Below, one piece after another: positions 1 through 14,000 of a stretch of 64,000 nt of DNA. The position numbers and the translations under genes are program-made. The stretch lies in contig OZ218956.1 of NCBI GenBank assembly GCA_965112735.1, positions 3,286,001 to 3,350,000 on the forward strand, read 5' to 3'. Numbering within the stretch: position 1 is the stretch's first letter; the number at the start of each line of letters is the position of its first letter. Source of the DNA: Phaeosaccion multiseriatum. Lineage: Eukaryota; Protista; Ochrophyta, other classes. Under the pieces are notes generated by a model. That model did no database searches and was not told the origin of the DNA. It worked only from the letters and a program-made list of their open reading frames with translations.

Positions 1-2
1 GG

Positions 3-161
3 CTGAGGTCCGATGCTGTGGAGTGCGACTGGAGCGAGAGGGTGTGCCCACAGTTCAACAAAAACTGCGGCCAGGACTACGGCATGGACCCCGTCGCCTT
101 TAAGGAGATTACGCAGTGGGTGCATGAAAATGGACGCCCATGCAACTGCCCACGGGTCTAG
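3..161 (+). CDS. 3' end of an unknown protein-coding gene, truncated by the window edge
   Basis: Frame starting at nt 3 is open and non-repetitive (LRSDAVECDWSERVCPQFNKNCGQDYGMDPVAFKEITQWVHENGRPCNCPRV*), ends at TAG 159-161 and is followed by AT-richer UTR-like sequence. Confidence 0.6.
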   Translation: MRSDAVECDWSERVCPQFNKNCGQDYGMDPVAFKEITQWVHENGRPCNCPRV

Positions 162-576
162 TATGCGAACTTCAAAGAAAAAAGCATGAAGGAGGAGGAG
201 GAGAACGAAGAAGAGAAGAACAAGATGATGAAGAGTAGTCATTCTGCCGTGAAAGCACAAAGAAGTGCAGTATTCCCAAAGTGTGGGGAACCAAACCCCT
301 AATTTTTTTTCCTTCCTTCCCTTTTTTCAAGTACTGAAACTAACAATTTATCATTGAGTTGTACGGAGTGTACGCGGTTCCTGGAACTGCCAAGGAGCAA
401 GCAAGTTTATCTATCCTACCTTCCCTCACCTTCCCTACGATTTCATATCACATGACACACTTGTCTGCTGCTGCTGCTGCTGCTGCTACGACACGGCACT
501 TTCTTTGGCCGGCCCACACCCACCACCACGAGTTTTGCAGCGTACATACGCATAAGCTCCCCTCTCCTTTGCTCTT

Positions 577-1934
577 TTACCCCCACAGCACGAGCCCGAG
601 TCCAGGCAGCACCAGCGCCACAACGGCGGCAATGTAGGCAGCCGGGCTGGTGGATGGGTGGGATAGAGCAAGCGATTTGATCGGTCGGGCGAGACACCAC
701 CAGCGGGTAGGGAGGAGAAGGCGTGAGAGAAGAACGTGGGAGGGTATTGGAGAGGCAAACAAACGTCGGTGGGACATCCGGACAAGGTGAGGGGTGGGGT
801 GTTCGTGTTAGGGACGAGGAATAGAGAGGGCTTCGCAAGCGCTCCCATCAACAGCCCATGTACACATCCACACGCATATCAAGACAACAGAGATACGAGA
901 GAGAGGGACAGGTAGAGAGGAAGAAAGAGGGGACGAGAGGGAGAACGCCGTGCATAGACCGTGAGAGAGAGGCAGAGAGAGAAACGAAAGAGAGAAAAGA
1001 CAGGCCGACAGACAAAGGTTCAACCAAAACGAGAGAGGGAAGCAAGAGAAAAGGTTCCCCGGTCTACTCACAAGAAGCTGGCTTTGGTCTGCTGCACCAC
1101 AAACACGCCAATGTAGAGCAAGCCCCCATAGTAGGGCGCAATGCTGAGGTAAGGGCGGAGTGCCACCGTACTGAATGGGTCCAATCGCCGCTTCAAGACG
1201 GCGTAGCCAAAGTCAAGGTCGCCGTTCCACTGCCCCCTGTCGCCCGCCGCCTTCTTGGTGTCTATGAGTGCTTTGGTGATGGCTTCCTTCGTGAGGTTGT
1301 CATCCACGGTTCCCTCGCTGCTCAGGTCGGTTAAGCCCTCAATCCTCACCATCGCTTCCATAATGTCGGAGCTGCCCTGCGCAGTCTTCAGAGCTCGAAT
1401 GGCCTTGTCTACCTCGTTTCCGCTTACATCGACGGCTTTGCTTGTTTGTACCTCGTTGACCTCGTCGTCGGCTAATGTGATGAGGGAGCGCTCTATAGCA
1501 CTTGCTCCTCCTGGTGCTGCCACGGCTGCTGAGGGAAGGACCGCATTGAGCCCTACCATGGTAAAGAGACCCACCGCCATCAAGCCCATGGCTTCGCTCT
1601 GCACGCCTTTGACGAATGCGCCAGCCAATGACCGCTTTGCAGCTCCTCCTTCTCTTCCTTCTCCTGCTCCTCCTGCTGCTTGCTGCTGTACTGCACTACG
1701 CTGCCGCCGCTGGTTTCCCCCTATTTTCCAAACAGTGGCGAATTCTCTCCGTCCACTGTTGCTGCTGCTCTGCGCACGTCCCGCCCCCCTCACTGATCTG
1801 AGGAGTGGGGAGGGCACGCTCACTTGAAAGGAGCATCCCTCGCCCAGCAGCTCCACTACTGCCACAACCGCCACGAGCAACCTAGCCAAGGAGGTCCTCT
1901 GTCCTCGAGGACAGGCTCTGCGGCAGGTAACCAT
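577..1934 (-). CDS. Probable plastid/thylakoid-targeted membrane protein of unknown function, 2 exons (1934-1072, 646-577)
   Basis: Hydrophobic signal peptide ending GEGCS-FQ (ASAFAP-like Phe), then a Ser/Arg-rich transit peptide, then a second hydrophobic stretch ending AAVA (lumen-signal-like). A GTGAGT...CCACCAG intron joins KASF to FPAAYIAAVVALVLPGLGLVLWG*. Two C-terminal hydrophobic helices. Confidence 0.7.
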
Positions 1935-2103
1935 TGGTCCTCTCTCCTCCTTCTCGTGTGGTGAGGCAGGGCGATGTTTTTATCGATGATCATGATCTCG
2001 ATGGCCAGGCGCTTGGTCGGATGGCAGCCTACGTTTCCTTCCCTTCTCCTTTTCTACTTCCATAATTTATGAAGGCCTAATAAAGGCCTGCCTGCTCCAC
2101 AGC
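1935..2103. promoter_or_regulatory. Short divergent (head-to-head) intergenic region, probable bidirectional promoter
   Basis: 169 bp between the ATG at 1934 (-) and the ATG at 2104 (+), with an AT-rich patch at 2060-2085. Confidence 0.45.
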
Positions 2104-2128
2104 ATGGCAACCAGAGGATCTGCTGCTG

Positions 2129-2176
<48 letters not shown>

Positions 2177-2591
2177 CTTCTGCTGGAGCAGGCAGAGCAG
2201 CAACAGGAGGGGGAGCAGGAGGAGGAGGAGCGGGAGGGGGGGGAGGAGCAGGAGGGGGGGAAGGAGGGGGAGGAGCACATGCTTTCCCCTCCCCTAGCCT
2301 CGCATCAGCTCTGCTTCGAGCTCTGAAGCATGTGCCAATGGATCAGAAGAAAGTAGCAGAGCTGCTAGCCGTGTATACCAAGGTGAGACAGCACTCCGTC
2401 AGGCCGTTTGTCTTGAGTCTCTTTATGTCAATCTATCTCTTCTTTGTAAGCATGTGTCTCTACAAGACTCACTCCCTATCTCGGTCTCTCTGTCCTGACT
2501 CTCTCCATGTCTTTGTCTTACCTCTCTTCTCACACACGTTCACACCCTCTCTCGCCCTCCTCTTTTTTGCTCTCCCCCCCCTGTCTCTCCC

Positions 2592-2648
<57 letters not shown>

Positions 2649-3167
2649 CACACACACACACACACCCTCTTCGTCCTTTGCTTCCACGAAGCAGACCAAG
2701 AGGTCGTCATCCAAACACCAAACCCTCTCCAGCACTCCCATCCCACGCAGTACCCCACCCAAGCACCGCCACTCTTCCCCGGTGCTCCTTACCGCGGCAG
2801 CGCGCCCGCTGTCCAACCACTCTCGGAGGGTGCAGAGCTTATCTATCGCAGGTGCAGCAGCAGAAGAAGTGCCAGCAAAAGTCACTGCCCCGGCTGCGGC
2901 ACCCCTTGTAGAGGAAGATGGTGGGTCCTCCAACACTCCCACGCCCAGATCGAGCCTCACTTCCCAGATCTATCGATATCCTTCGCCTGGATCTAGGTCG
3001 AGCGAGGTGGCTTCCTCCTCGCCGCCGGCTCTAAGCAGGCGTCGTCCTCGAGCGACTGCAGCAGCAGCAGAAGCAGCAGGGGAAGGTGGGGGGAGGGACA
3101 TGGGCGGGACAATCCGTAGTCGCAGCACGGGTGCCGAGGCGGAGGGGAAGGAGGCTTCCACAGTGCC

Positions 3168-3204
<37 letters not shown>

Positions 3205-3313
3205 GGGAGCCGCACTTTATCGTCTACAGGTATGGCGACGACGACATCTCCTACTACTGCTGCTGCTTCTGCTACAACTACTACTATTACTGCTACTACT
3301 GCTACTACGAGTC

Positions 3314-3361
<48 letters not shown>

Positions 3362-4129
3362 CTACTGCTACTACTACTACCAGCTCTGGCACTGGCACCA
3401 GCAGCCTTGGAGGAGGACTGCCCCCTTCCCTCGTGGGCTCCCTCCGCACGGCCATGCTCCAGGCCGAGGAGACCTCACACAACTCGTCGGGACTCCGAGC
3501 TGCCATCCTGCGGGCCGTGCGCTACGCTATCACCACCTCCCCCTCTTCCTCCTCCTCTTCCTCCACCACCCCCACCACCACCACCACCACCACCACCACC
3601 ACCGACGACGACGCTTTGCAGACGGTGCAGAGTCTACTCGGGCAGCGCTTGGACCTTCTCGTGGTCATGTCACTGGAGAGGGCCGGGCAGGAACACTTGT
3701 GGGAGCGCATGCAGGTTCGTTGGTTGGTTCCGTGCTTTTCTTCTGTGCTTTCTTTTCGTTTCGTTTCGTGTCATTTCGTTCCGTTCCGTTGTGTGTGACG
3801 AGTCCAAGCATCTGGGATGGGCGTGTGATCGGAACTTGATATGTTCGACACGCGTCTCGACCTTTCGATATTGATCGATACTGAATGTTGTCGATGTCAA
3901 TAACCTGACAGTGATTAAATCCCTTGCTAAAGTGCTACAATGCTACACTGATGCTGAAATACGCAGGCCCTGAAGCTCGCCAAGGCCGTGGCGCAGAGAG
4001 CTCCTCACCTCTTGCCCGCCTCGCTAGTGGCGTCGGTTGTGGCCATTGCTCGGCACAAGGAGGTGAGGGGATGATGATATTGATAATGATGATGATGATG
4101 ATGATAGTGGTGATGATGATGATGATGGC

Positions 4130-4167
<38 letters not shown>

Positions 4168-7100
4168 CGATATGCTGGTGCTCATGCTGATACTGTACTG
4201 TCGTGCTCTCTTCATTACCCCCCCACCCCTCCTCTCTCAGGACAACTTCAGGCGCGTCTGTCTGGAAGCTCTGCGGGAGATGAGCCTCGCCAATACCGAA
4301 GTCGTCGCCAGCACAGGCGGACTGAAGGTCCTGGTGGCAGCGGTGTGCGACGTGTCTCTAATGCAGGAGCACAAGGGCAACGCCTTTCGCCTCGGGCCCA
4401 TCCTAGCGACACTGCTGGAGCTGCTGGAGAGCCCTTTCACAAGGGCGTATATGCAGGTGCATGTGTGAAGCTTGCTTGTGTATGGGCGTGTGTGCGTGTG
4501 TATGCGTGTGTGTGCGGGTAGTGCGGTCGTGCGGAAAAGTCGGACTTTTGTTGTGTGTTGTCCTCTGCTTGCGAAGAAGGTCCAAGCGAGAGAAACCCGA
4601 AGGGAAGGCGACAGAGAGCAGACAGCAAACCCACCCCTTTGCCTTGTCTTCCACCGTGTGTATTTCCAAGTAGCTCTTGGTTTACACCGCCCCCCCGCCC
4701 CAATCCAACCCCCAACATCCCCCCCCCACACACACACGGCCCCGCGCTCTCTTTTAACAGCCACATAACCTTGATCTGGAGCAGCTCTTGCGCGGCTTCA
4801 CAGATGCCGAAGGCCTCCCAGCTGGGCCCAATCGAACATTACTGTGGGCAGCCACGCGAGCTGCGGTGGTGGGAGTTTTAAGAAGTTGGACTGGCCTCTT
4901 CCTGCTGACTGACGACCCGAGGGGGATTGTCACGCTCATGCGCCTGCTAGCAGATCCTCCTCTCCAGGCCTCCACTGCATACAGGGCAGGAGGAGGAGGA
5001 GGAGGAGGAGGAGGGGTGTTGGGAGGAGGAGGAGGAGTAAGGGGGGTGGGTGGAGGGGAAGGAGGAGGAGGTGGTGGTGGTGGTGGTGGAGGAGGAGGAG
5101 GAGGAGGGGGAGGACGTACAGGAGGAGCAGCAGCAGGAGGAGGAGTGGGAGGAGGAGGAGAAGGGGGCACGGCGTATGAGGCTTCGGACGGAAGCTTGGA
5201 CGGGTCTCTGCAGATGGCGATTTTGGATGTGGTACTTGATTTGTTCGCCCCGGTGATTGGATCGTCGGGATGGGGCGAAGAAGGCGCCACGCTCGATGAT
5301 GGTGAGGAAGAACGCGGAGGGGAGGCGCAGGATGAGGAGGATTGGAGAGGGGAGGGTGAAGAGGAGGAGGACAGGAGAAGGCGGAAGAAGAAGCTAAGAA
5401 GAGGTGAGGGGAAGAAGCAAGGGAGGAAGCAAAAGCATGCAGTGGCTGTAGGGGTGATGGTGGGGGAACAAGGCAAGGAGGAGAGAGGCGGGGAGGAGGA
5501 GGAGCAGAAGGAGGAGCAGAAGGAGGAGGAAAAAGAAGAAGAGGAGGAGGGCGAGGAGGGGGGGGCGAACAGGAAGAAGGCCAAGAAGGTAAAGAAGGAG
5601 AAGGAGAACAAGAGGAGGAGGAAGGAGAAGGAGGCAACTCCTTCCCCCTTGCCTTTTCGTACACCCACCACTGCTACTTCGGCTCCTTCCACGCCGCACG
5701 ACTTGTCTTTGAGCTACGCCGCCCTGCTCTGCGCCGCCTTTGCCCGCTGCGGGCTGGTGGAGGTGCTCATGACACTGAGCATCCGCGGAGGGGGCGCCTT
5801 GCAGGAGAGGGCGACGGGACTTCTGGCGGACTTTCTTCGCGTCTGTACCAGGCTGCTTCCGGAGCGGCTCTGTAGGCAGGTGTGCGCCATGCCCGAGCTC
5901 GTGCACATCGCCTCCCACACTCTCGGTAGGCCGGTCATGATGGGGATGCACTACTACTCTCATCCGCAGCACTTGCCCCACCCGCTGGCCCACCCCGGCT
6001 CGTCTGTCTTGGAGGGCGGGGTCGGAGGAGGTGCGACAACCGGCGGTTTCGCTCTCGGCGGGGTCGGGGGAGGGGTGGTATCGGCTTATCATCTTCCGAA
6101 TGGCGGCGGTGGCGGGGTGGAGGGTGGGGGGTGGGCTGATCGTAATGCCTTGGGCGGAGGTCTGAGTACGGCGAGTGCGTACAGCAGCAGACTGAGGGGT
6201 GATGACATTCACTCGAGATTCATCAAATCCAGGGCGACGGGCTTGCTGTGGCTCCTGCAGAGAGCTATCGGGGGGGGTTACCACCACCACGATGGGTCCC
6301 CGGGATCGGGCCCTCCACTCCTGCCAGAGACGTCGTATTACCAGACCGGGGGTGCGAGGAGCTGGTGGAACGAGGACTCGGACGGAGGTGGAGGGGAGGA
6401 GGAGCAGGGGGAGGGAGGGGGCTGGACTATGGAGGCAGTTGACCATCACGCTCATCTTGACCGGGGGGGGGCAGTGGGGCAGCGAGTGAGCCTCGGCTTT
6501 GATGAAGGGGGAGAAGGAGGAGAGGACGAGGAGTTGCTGTTGCTGCGGGGGGGAGGAGGAGGAGGGACGGTGGGAGGGCTACTGCGGGGAGTGACGGACT
6601 CGAATTGGACAATAGATGCCTCCTCAGTAAGAGGAGGAGGACAGGGTAGCGTTGGAGGAGGAGGAGGTGGTCGTGGCAGGGGAGGAACGGAACAGCAGCA
6701 GCAGTCGTATGGGCAACAGTCCTATGGACAGCAGCAGCGTCCATTGGAGAGGCTGAGAGAGCAATTGCGAAGAGACTCGGAGGGGGTGTCGGACGGGAGC
6801 GGTGTGGAGCGTCTCAGAGTCAAGAGCGACGTTTCACAAAGTAAGAACTGGAGAAGGTGGGACTGGGAAGCCATTTGTGAGTTGGTGCACCACGCCTTGT
6901 CCGACGGTTCTCGGCTGGCGACAACACTTCTGAGCGACGCGAGGACCAACACCGCAAGCCATGGCAACCGCAGCGACGCCTCCTGGGTGAAGCGTGTGAG
7001 TGGATTCTTCCGATTCCACGCCTTTGAGGGTACGCCAGAGGACGAGAGGAGTTTCTACGGAATGGCTTGGGGGCCTGGTCGGCTGAGGTGAGTGAGTGAG

Positions 7101-7474
7101 TGAGAGAGAGAGAGATGGCAGTTGATGGGGTGGGGACGAGGGGGGAATGGAGAGACGGGGGTGTTGTAATTGATGGGAGAGGTTAGAGAGAGAGAAGAGC
7201 GAAGTATCCCCCATCCACTGCCATCTAGTATGTATCCACCGCCACCCGATGCCTACCCCCCCCCCTCATCCCTCATCCACTGCCGTCTGACACCCCTCAT
7301 CTACTGCCACCTGACGCCAGGTACATGCACTGCGGGCTCCGCTTTTACGGGCTTCTGCTGGGGTCTGATGAGGGGCGACGCTTCCTGCACAACGATCCAA
7401 GAGGCCTCCTCTTCCAGGTGGGCTCAGTGGATGGCAGTGGATGGCAGTGGATGGTTGGTTGTTTGGTTGGTTTG

Positions 7475-7524
<50 letters not shown>

Positions 7525-9897
7525 ATGCATGCTTTTCTCTCTCTCGTTCTCACACACACACCCTGTACGTGCTGTGTGTCTGTTTCATTTCCCGCCCTAC
7601 CACGCTCCTCCCGTCACCCCCGGGGGGTCGTCCCCCCCCCGCTGCACCACACCTCTCCACCCCGCACACCATATGCAGGAGACTTGCAAAGAGCTCGAGA
7701 GCACCATTCAGGCGTGGTCACCCCCTCCTCCGTCTTCCTACTCCTCCAAGCAGCAGCAACAACAGCAAGAACCACGCAGGAGTAGAGGAGCAGGGAGACG
7801 GCGCCTCTGGCCAACCAAGCCGCCTTCTTCGTCCGCCCCCCCGGCCTCGGCTAAACCGCAGCCCTCGCACGTGCTGTCTCAGGAGCTGTGCGATCGAAAC
7901 CTCTCGGGGGGTTACGTAGCGCTTCTCGCCAACGTCGCCGCCAGGCTGCCAGAAGGTGAAACTCACCCTCACCCTCACCCTCGCCCTCACACTGAGCCTG
8001 AGCCTGACCCCGACCCTGATGATCCTCGACTGAGGGCGAGGAGAACACTATGAGCTCAATGTGTAGACTCCCTTGGACTCCTATGAACCTCTCATGGTTC
8101 GTTCATCTGCTCTGCTGTACTAGTCCTTTCCCATGCCACCCACACTTATCCTCCCCCACCCACCCCCTCTCTGGACCCCCAATTCCTCACCCACCAACCC
8201 ACCACCCTCACCCACCCCCAACAGGCCGAGCCTTGCTGGAGGAGGTGGGTATCAGGCAGCCCCTACTGGATATGGGGTCCGTTCCAGAGCTGGACTATCT
8301 CAGCAAGAGGGTGCTCGCATTTCTCTACCTCCCCAGTCCTATGGGCAGAGAGCTCCTGCGGACTTGGTTGGGTAGCCCTCGTTCCAGCGACTCTCTGTGT
8401 CTGAGCGTGCTGTCTGCCATGCGGCTTATTCTCTTGCCCCCCGGGTTTCCCTCCAGGGGAGGATGGAGCCGGAGGAGGAGGAGGAGGAGGAGTGCGGACG
8501 CGGCTGCAGCGGAGTTTGTGGAGTGGGGTATGGAGGCTCTGGTACATGTGCTTGTAGGAGGAGGAGGAGGAGGAGGAATTCACCACCGCCCTGCAGAGGT
8601 GAAGGCCGCTGCCTTGGCGCTTCTAGAGCAGTGCGCGGCCTATGGGGGGCCATACGTGACGGCCATGACCAATCGGAAACCTCCTCTTTCGGATGTGCTT
8701 CTCCTCTCCAAGCACAAGCAGCAGCAGGTTCTGTCGGATTTTCGGTCTGGGTCAGCGACAGGAGGGGCAGTTGGTGATCCAGTAGGAGGAGCAGCAACAG
8801 CATCAGTTGATGATACAGCAGTGGTAGCCGGTGAGGGAGCAGCAATAGCAGCAGCGGTTGATGGCACAGCAGAAGGAGTAGTTGATGATAGAGCAGCCGC
8901 CGCAGCACTAATAGCCGCAGCAGTGCGGGACGGCTCGTTCTCTCTATCCCCAAGGGCATCATCTCGGGGAGATTTCTATAGCCCACCCCCCACCTTCTCT
9001 GGCAGGGTTTCAGGGGAGATAGCAGTAGCGGCAGCAGCATCTCCATCACGACCACCACCAGTACTACCAGCACTTGGTGATACAGCAGCAGCAGTAGCGG
9101 CAGGAGCAGCAGGAGTAAGAGGAAGAGCAGGGGGTCCATCCCCTAGGGACACCTCGACGGAGGGCCTGAGGAGAGACGTCAATTCTGGCGGTGGAAAAGG
9201 AAGGGGCTCTGATCGGGACAGGGGTCGCCCACCAGCTGCTCCAGCCGGGAAGAAGACGCCAACGAATTTGAACCCGAATTTACTAAAGCCACAGCCAAGT
9301 CAGCAGCAGCAGGAGGAGGGGGGACAGGAAGAGGAAGAAGCGGGACGGGGAGGAGCCTCGCAGTCTGCGTCTGCGTCTGCAGCAGTTGGTTGTACAGCAG
9401 AGGATGTTGGTACCGTTCTTCCTATGGCGGACCTGGCCACGCCCATCCTCTACTGCTGCTTGGCCCTGCCCAGAGGTATACACGGGGGGGAATGGAGGAG
9501 GGCCCGCTCATTTCACTGATGTATTGAAACTATATGCCTCGTTGCCTGTGTTTGGCCACAGACGTACATGTATATCCAGCAGACGTAACTGTTCAGTACC
9601 TTTCCGACGACTTCATTGTCTCTACCGACGCGTCTTTTCTTCATTGCCTTACTGACCTCGCCTCGCCCCTGCTGCTGCTGCTGCCGCTGCTGCTGGTGTG
9701 TCCTCATCTCCCTCCCTTCCCATCAGGTCTGGCGAGCTTGCAAAAGGCCGGCTGGTTGGAGATAGAGCTGCGAAAGTGGACCCAAGCAGTGACAGTAAGT
9801 CACAGGAAAGGGGCAGCAGCAGGGGGAGGAAAAGAAGAAGGGGACGAAGCAAAAGAAGAAAGACAAGGAGAAGGACAAGAAGCAGAAGCAGAAGCAG

Positions 9898-9947
<50 letters not shown>

Positions 9948-10373
9948 GATGAACAAGAACAAGAAGGAGGAGAAGAAGAAGAAGAAGAAGAAGAAGAAGA
10001 AGAAGAAGAAGAAGAAGAAGAAGAGGAAGGAGAAGAAGAACAACAACGACAACAAAAAGAAGATGAACAAGAGCAAGAAGAAGACGAAGGAGGAGGAGGA
10101 AGGCTGGACCTTGACTATGTGAAGGCATCGCAGCAGGCGCTCGGAGCGTACCTCAATAGCTCGAGATTCGAGGAGGACGACGGGCTCGGGACATCGTCGT
10201 CGTCAATTGTAGTTCGAAACGGTCACTTCATGGGGGAGGGCGTGATCGGAGGCGGGGGAGGGCCGGGGTATCAGGGCAGGGGAGGGGTGAGAGGGGGGGG
10301 GGTGGTGGTCGCCGAACCGATACCCTGCCACGTGCCGGCAGACTTGAGTATAGATCTTGATGTCGACTACGAA

Positions 10374-10415
<42 letters not shown>

Positions 10416-10971
10416 CAGAAAGGCACTGAAGGGGCGGGGGTGGGGGCAGGGGAGGGTGGCAACGACAGCAGCTGTAGCAGTAGCAGAGAGGACAGGCAAG
10501 AGGAGGTCAGCGACACAGCTTGGGACGCCTACGTGGACAGACTTCTCCAGCGCCTGCCGTGGAACATCGACGTGGTCTTGTCCCATCAGGATGGTGGAGC
10601 TGCATCTGCATCTGTATCTGCAGCTGCCCATATGACTGCTGCTAGTGCTGACGACAACTGGGGAGAGACGTACTCCTCACATGGCCGCCCCATGCATGGT
10701 GGCGGCGGGGGGGGGCTTAGCATTGGTAACAGCGGTGCAAGTGGGGTAAGTGCAAGTTACAGTGGGGGTGTGAGTGCTGGGCTGCCGTGTGGCTGTCCTC
10801 CTCGAGCGCAGCGGCGGCGGCGGCGGCGATTGGCTGTGGATTGTCATCTGGATGTGGGGCTGGGCAGCGGCATGCTGCACAGAGCGGCAGTGGCAGGGGC
10901 TGCTGCTGCTAGTACTATGGGGGTTGGTGATACTGCAACAGTAGCAGCAGGAGGAGCAGCGGCAGCAACAA

Positions 10972-11003
<32 letters not shown>

Positions 11004-14000
11004 GGAGGAGGAGGGCAGGGAAGACTGGTGACACTGCGAGGTGTCATCTTAGACGCGGCGACTCGGAAGCCCAAGCCTTACCGAGTGGATCCATGTCTCT
11101 CGCTCCATGGGAGGCTGTGCGTTGGCGCGTGTGTGGTGGACGGCTGGGGAAACGTCCACGATCTCCCTAGAGGCGATGGTGGCAGGAGCTCCCCTGCTCC
11201 CACCCGCGCTGTATCACCAACTGCTGCTGATGGTGGAGGTGGAGGTGGAGGTGGTGGTGACGCTTGGGGCGGAACTCCAACTGACAGCAACGCTGGAGAC
11301 ACAACATCCACGCAGCAGAGCAAGTCCAAGAGCCCCCCGCTGCGCCGCCGAACGCCCTCCCCAACCAAGAAGAAGGGTCTCTTCTACGGTCTCGGGGCAG
11401 CGTTATCAGCGAGCTCCAACAACTTGATAGATGCATTCAGGCCCACTCCACCGACGGATGCGTCTGCGTCCTCCACAGCATCAGCAGGAGTTGGTGGTAC
11501 ATCAGCAGCAGCCGCAGCAGCAGTAGCAGCAGCAGTTGGTGATACAGCAGCATCACCGAGTACGCCAGACTCCCCCACCGGGGGCGGTGGTGGTGGTCGG
11601 GGGGGGATTTCCGACCCGACGCTTCTCCTTGCCCCGCAAGACGACATGTTCTGGTCTGACTGCAGCCCTGCCCAGAGAGGCGTCAAGGAAGCGGTGTCCG
11701 TCGTCCCTTCCAGAGGGCTTGGTCGCGGTGTCAGTGAGTCGAGTAGGATAGGCGTGCTCCGCCGTCAGTCGAGTAGGGAGGGTTTGCGCCGCAACAGGAG
11801 CTTCAGCAGTAGGATAGGGGGGGCAGGAGGCGAAGACCGGATGGAGGGAGAGGGAGGAGGAGGAGGAGGTGGTGGTGGTGGAGGAGGAGAAGGAGGAGGA
11901 GGAAGAGGAGCAGGAGCGGGAGGTGGAGAGGGAGCTGATGGCAAGAAGAAGCAGCAGCAGCAGCAGCTCATCGAGTCTCCGTCTCCGAGAGACTGGGGCA
12001 TTGGTCTCGGGACAGCGGGAGGAGAAGGAGTAGGAGGAGCGGGGGAAGGAGGAGGAGGAGGAGGAGGAGGAGGAGACGAGCAGCGTGAGGTGGAGAGCTA
12101 CGATCCCTTCCACAGAATGTCCTTCTCCGGGGCGAGGTCTGTAAGGTCTGAGGCGACAACACACAACACTGAGGTGTCGCTGGGCTGGGGGCCCGGTGGG
12201 CAGCAGCACTACACTAAGCAGCTTAGACAGCAGCAACAGCAGGAGCGGGTCCAGCAGCAGCAGTATGGAGGGGCAGGTGGAAGCAGCACCGAGTTTTCCG
12301 TACGGGGACGTGGTGACTCCTGTGACTACACCTCAGGGGGTTACGGGCTCCCAAGTTCTGGGCATCAGTCTGGGATCTTTCCGCATCAGCAGCAGCAGCA
12401 TTTACTGCAGAGTCGTTCGAGGAGGAGTGGGAGTGGGAGTATCAGCGAACGGGGACGGGGGGGAGGTTTGTCGTCTCGCCCAGCACGCTATCTGACACCA
12501 TCTTCGGTGGATGGTATGGCAGCAGATGGCAGCATCAGCGGCAGTGAGCGGCTGCGCAGCTCTCCGCTGGGGTCGTCAAGCATTTCCTACTCATATCGCA
12601 AGTCCCCGTCCTCAGTCTCTCTCTCCACTCTCGCAGGAGGAGAAGGAGAAGGAGGAGGAGGAGGAGGAGGAGGAGGAGGAGGAGGAGGGGGAGGGGGAGA
12701 AGGCGACGCCACATCAACGCCCGTGGGAGGGGGGGGAGGAGGCGGAGGTGGTGGAGGAATCGATGGCCGAGAGGGAGGGGGAGGAGGAGGGAGAGGCGGA
12801 GGGGAAGAGAAAAGAGTCGACGGAGAGGACGAGAACGAGAAGATGGAGGTGGAGTGGGTGCTTGTGAGCTCTTCGGAGACTGTGGTGACGGTTCCGGGAG
12901 AAAACACGAGTTGGGTCTTCCAAGTGGAGCGGCGGAGGCAGCGGCGGTCATTGCGAGCAGCAAGGAGGAACACCACGCCCACCACCACAGCAGCAGCAGC
13001 CTCCCCTTCCTTGTCGTCGTCGACGATGAGGACTGAGATTGGGAAGGAGGTGCAGCAGCAGCAGTCTGAGGCGAAGCAGCAGCAGCAGCAACATCAGCAG
13101 CAGCAGCAGCAGCAGCAGCAGTTGGTGATACAGCAGCATTGGGAGTCTGGGGAGGAGGTGACGGAGGTGGAAGAGACCTTCCTCAAGGCCGTCGAATTCA
13201 CCCTGTGGGTCATGCCCGACCCTGAGGGAGGGCACTTGGCCACCGCTGGGGGAGGTGGCGCCGGCGGAGGAGGAGGGGAAAGGGGGAGGGGTAGAGGTAC
13301 GCACAGGGGCGGCAGAAGCAGTAGCAGTCACGCGCGGCGGCGAGGCCTGGCAAGGAGGGCGATTAGTGGAGGAGGGGGTGTTGGTGACGGGGTGGAGGAC
13401 CCTGGTGGGGCGTTTCTGGCGTTACACCTGTATGGAGAACTTGCTCGCACCAAGCAGGGATGCGCGGTGCTGGGAAGGGAGGAGGGCGGGGGCCAGCTCA
13501 GGGCACTGCTCGAGAGGGTGGCGGGCGAGAGGAGGCGGGGGAGGAGGACGAGGACGACAAAGCAGCATCAGCATGAGCAGCAGCAAGAGGTGGAGGACGA
13601 GAATGGGAAGGAGGAGGGGTGGGGCTGTGGCGACCACGGCAGTGGCGTCATCCTCGACGACCATGATGACGTTGTATCACCAACTGCTGCTGCTGCCCGT
13701 GTGGTCGAGCGCCAGGCTGCTGTGTGGGCTCTCGCGCACACGTGCTCAACGAAGCGCGGCGAGCGTCTTGTGCATAAGCTAAAGCCAGATTTCCCCCAAG
13801 GTGGGTGGGAGGAGGGATGTGTGGTGGGTGGGGGAGGGAGCAGCACACCGCATGAGCCAAACCTTTCCGCCCCTGCTCTCTGCCCCCCTTCCTGCCTTCT
13901 CCCCTTTCCTTCTCCTTTTCCTCTCCTTCTTGCGCAGTGAAGATGCGCCGCCCGCTGACACCCCTCTCCCCACACTACCTCCGGTCCCTCCCTCCCTTCC

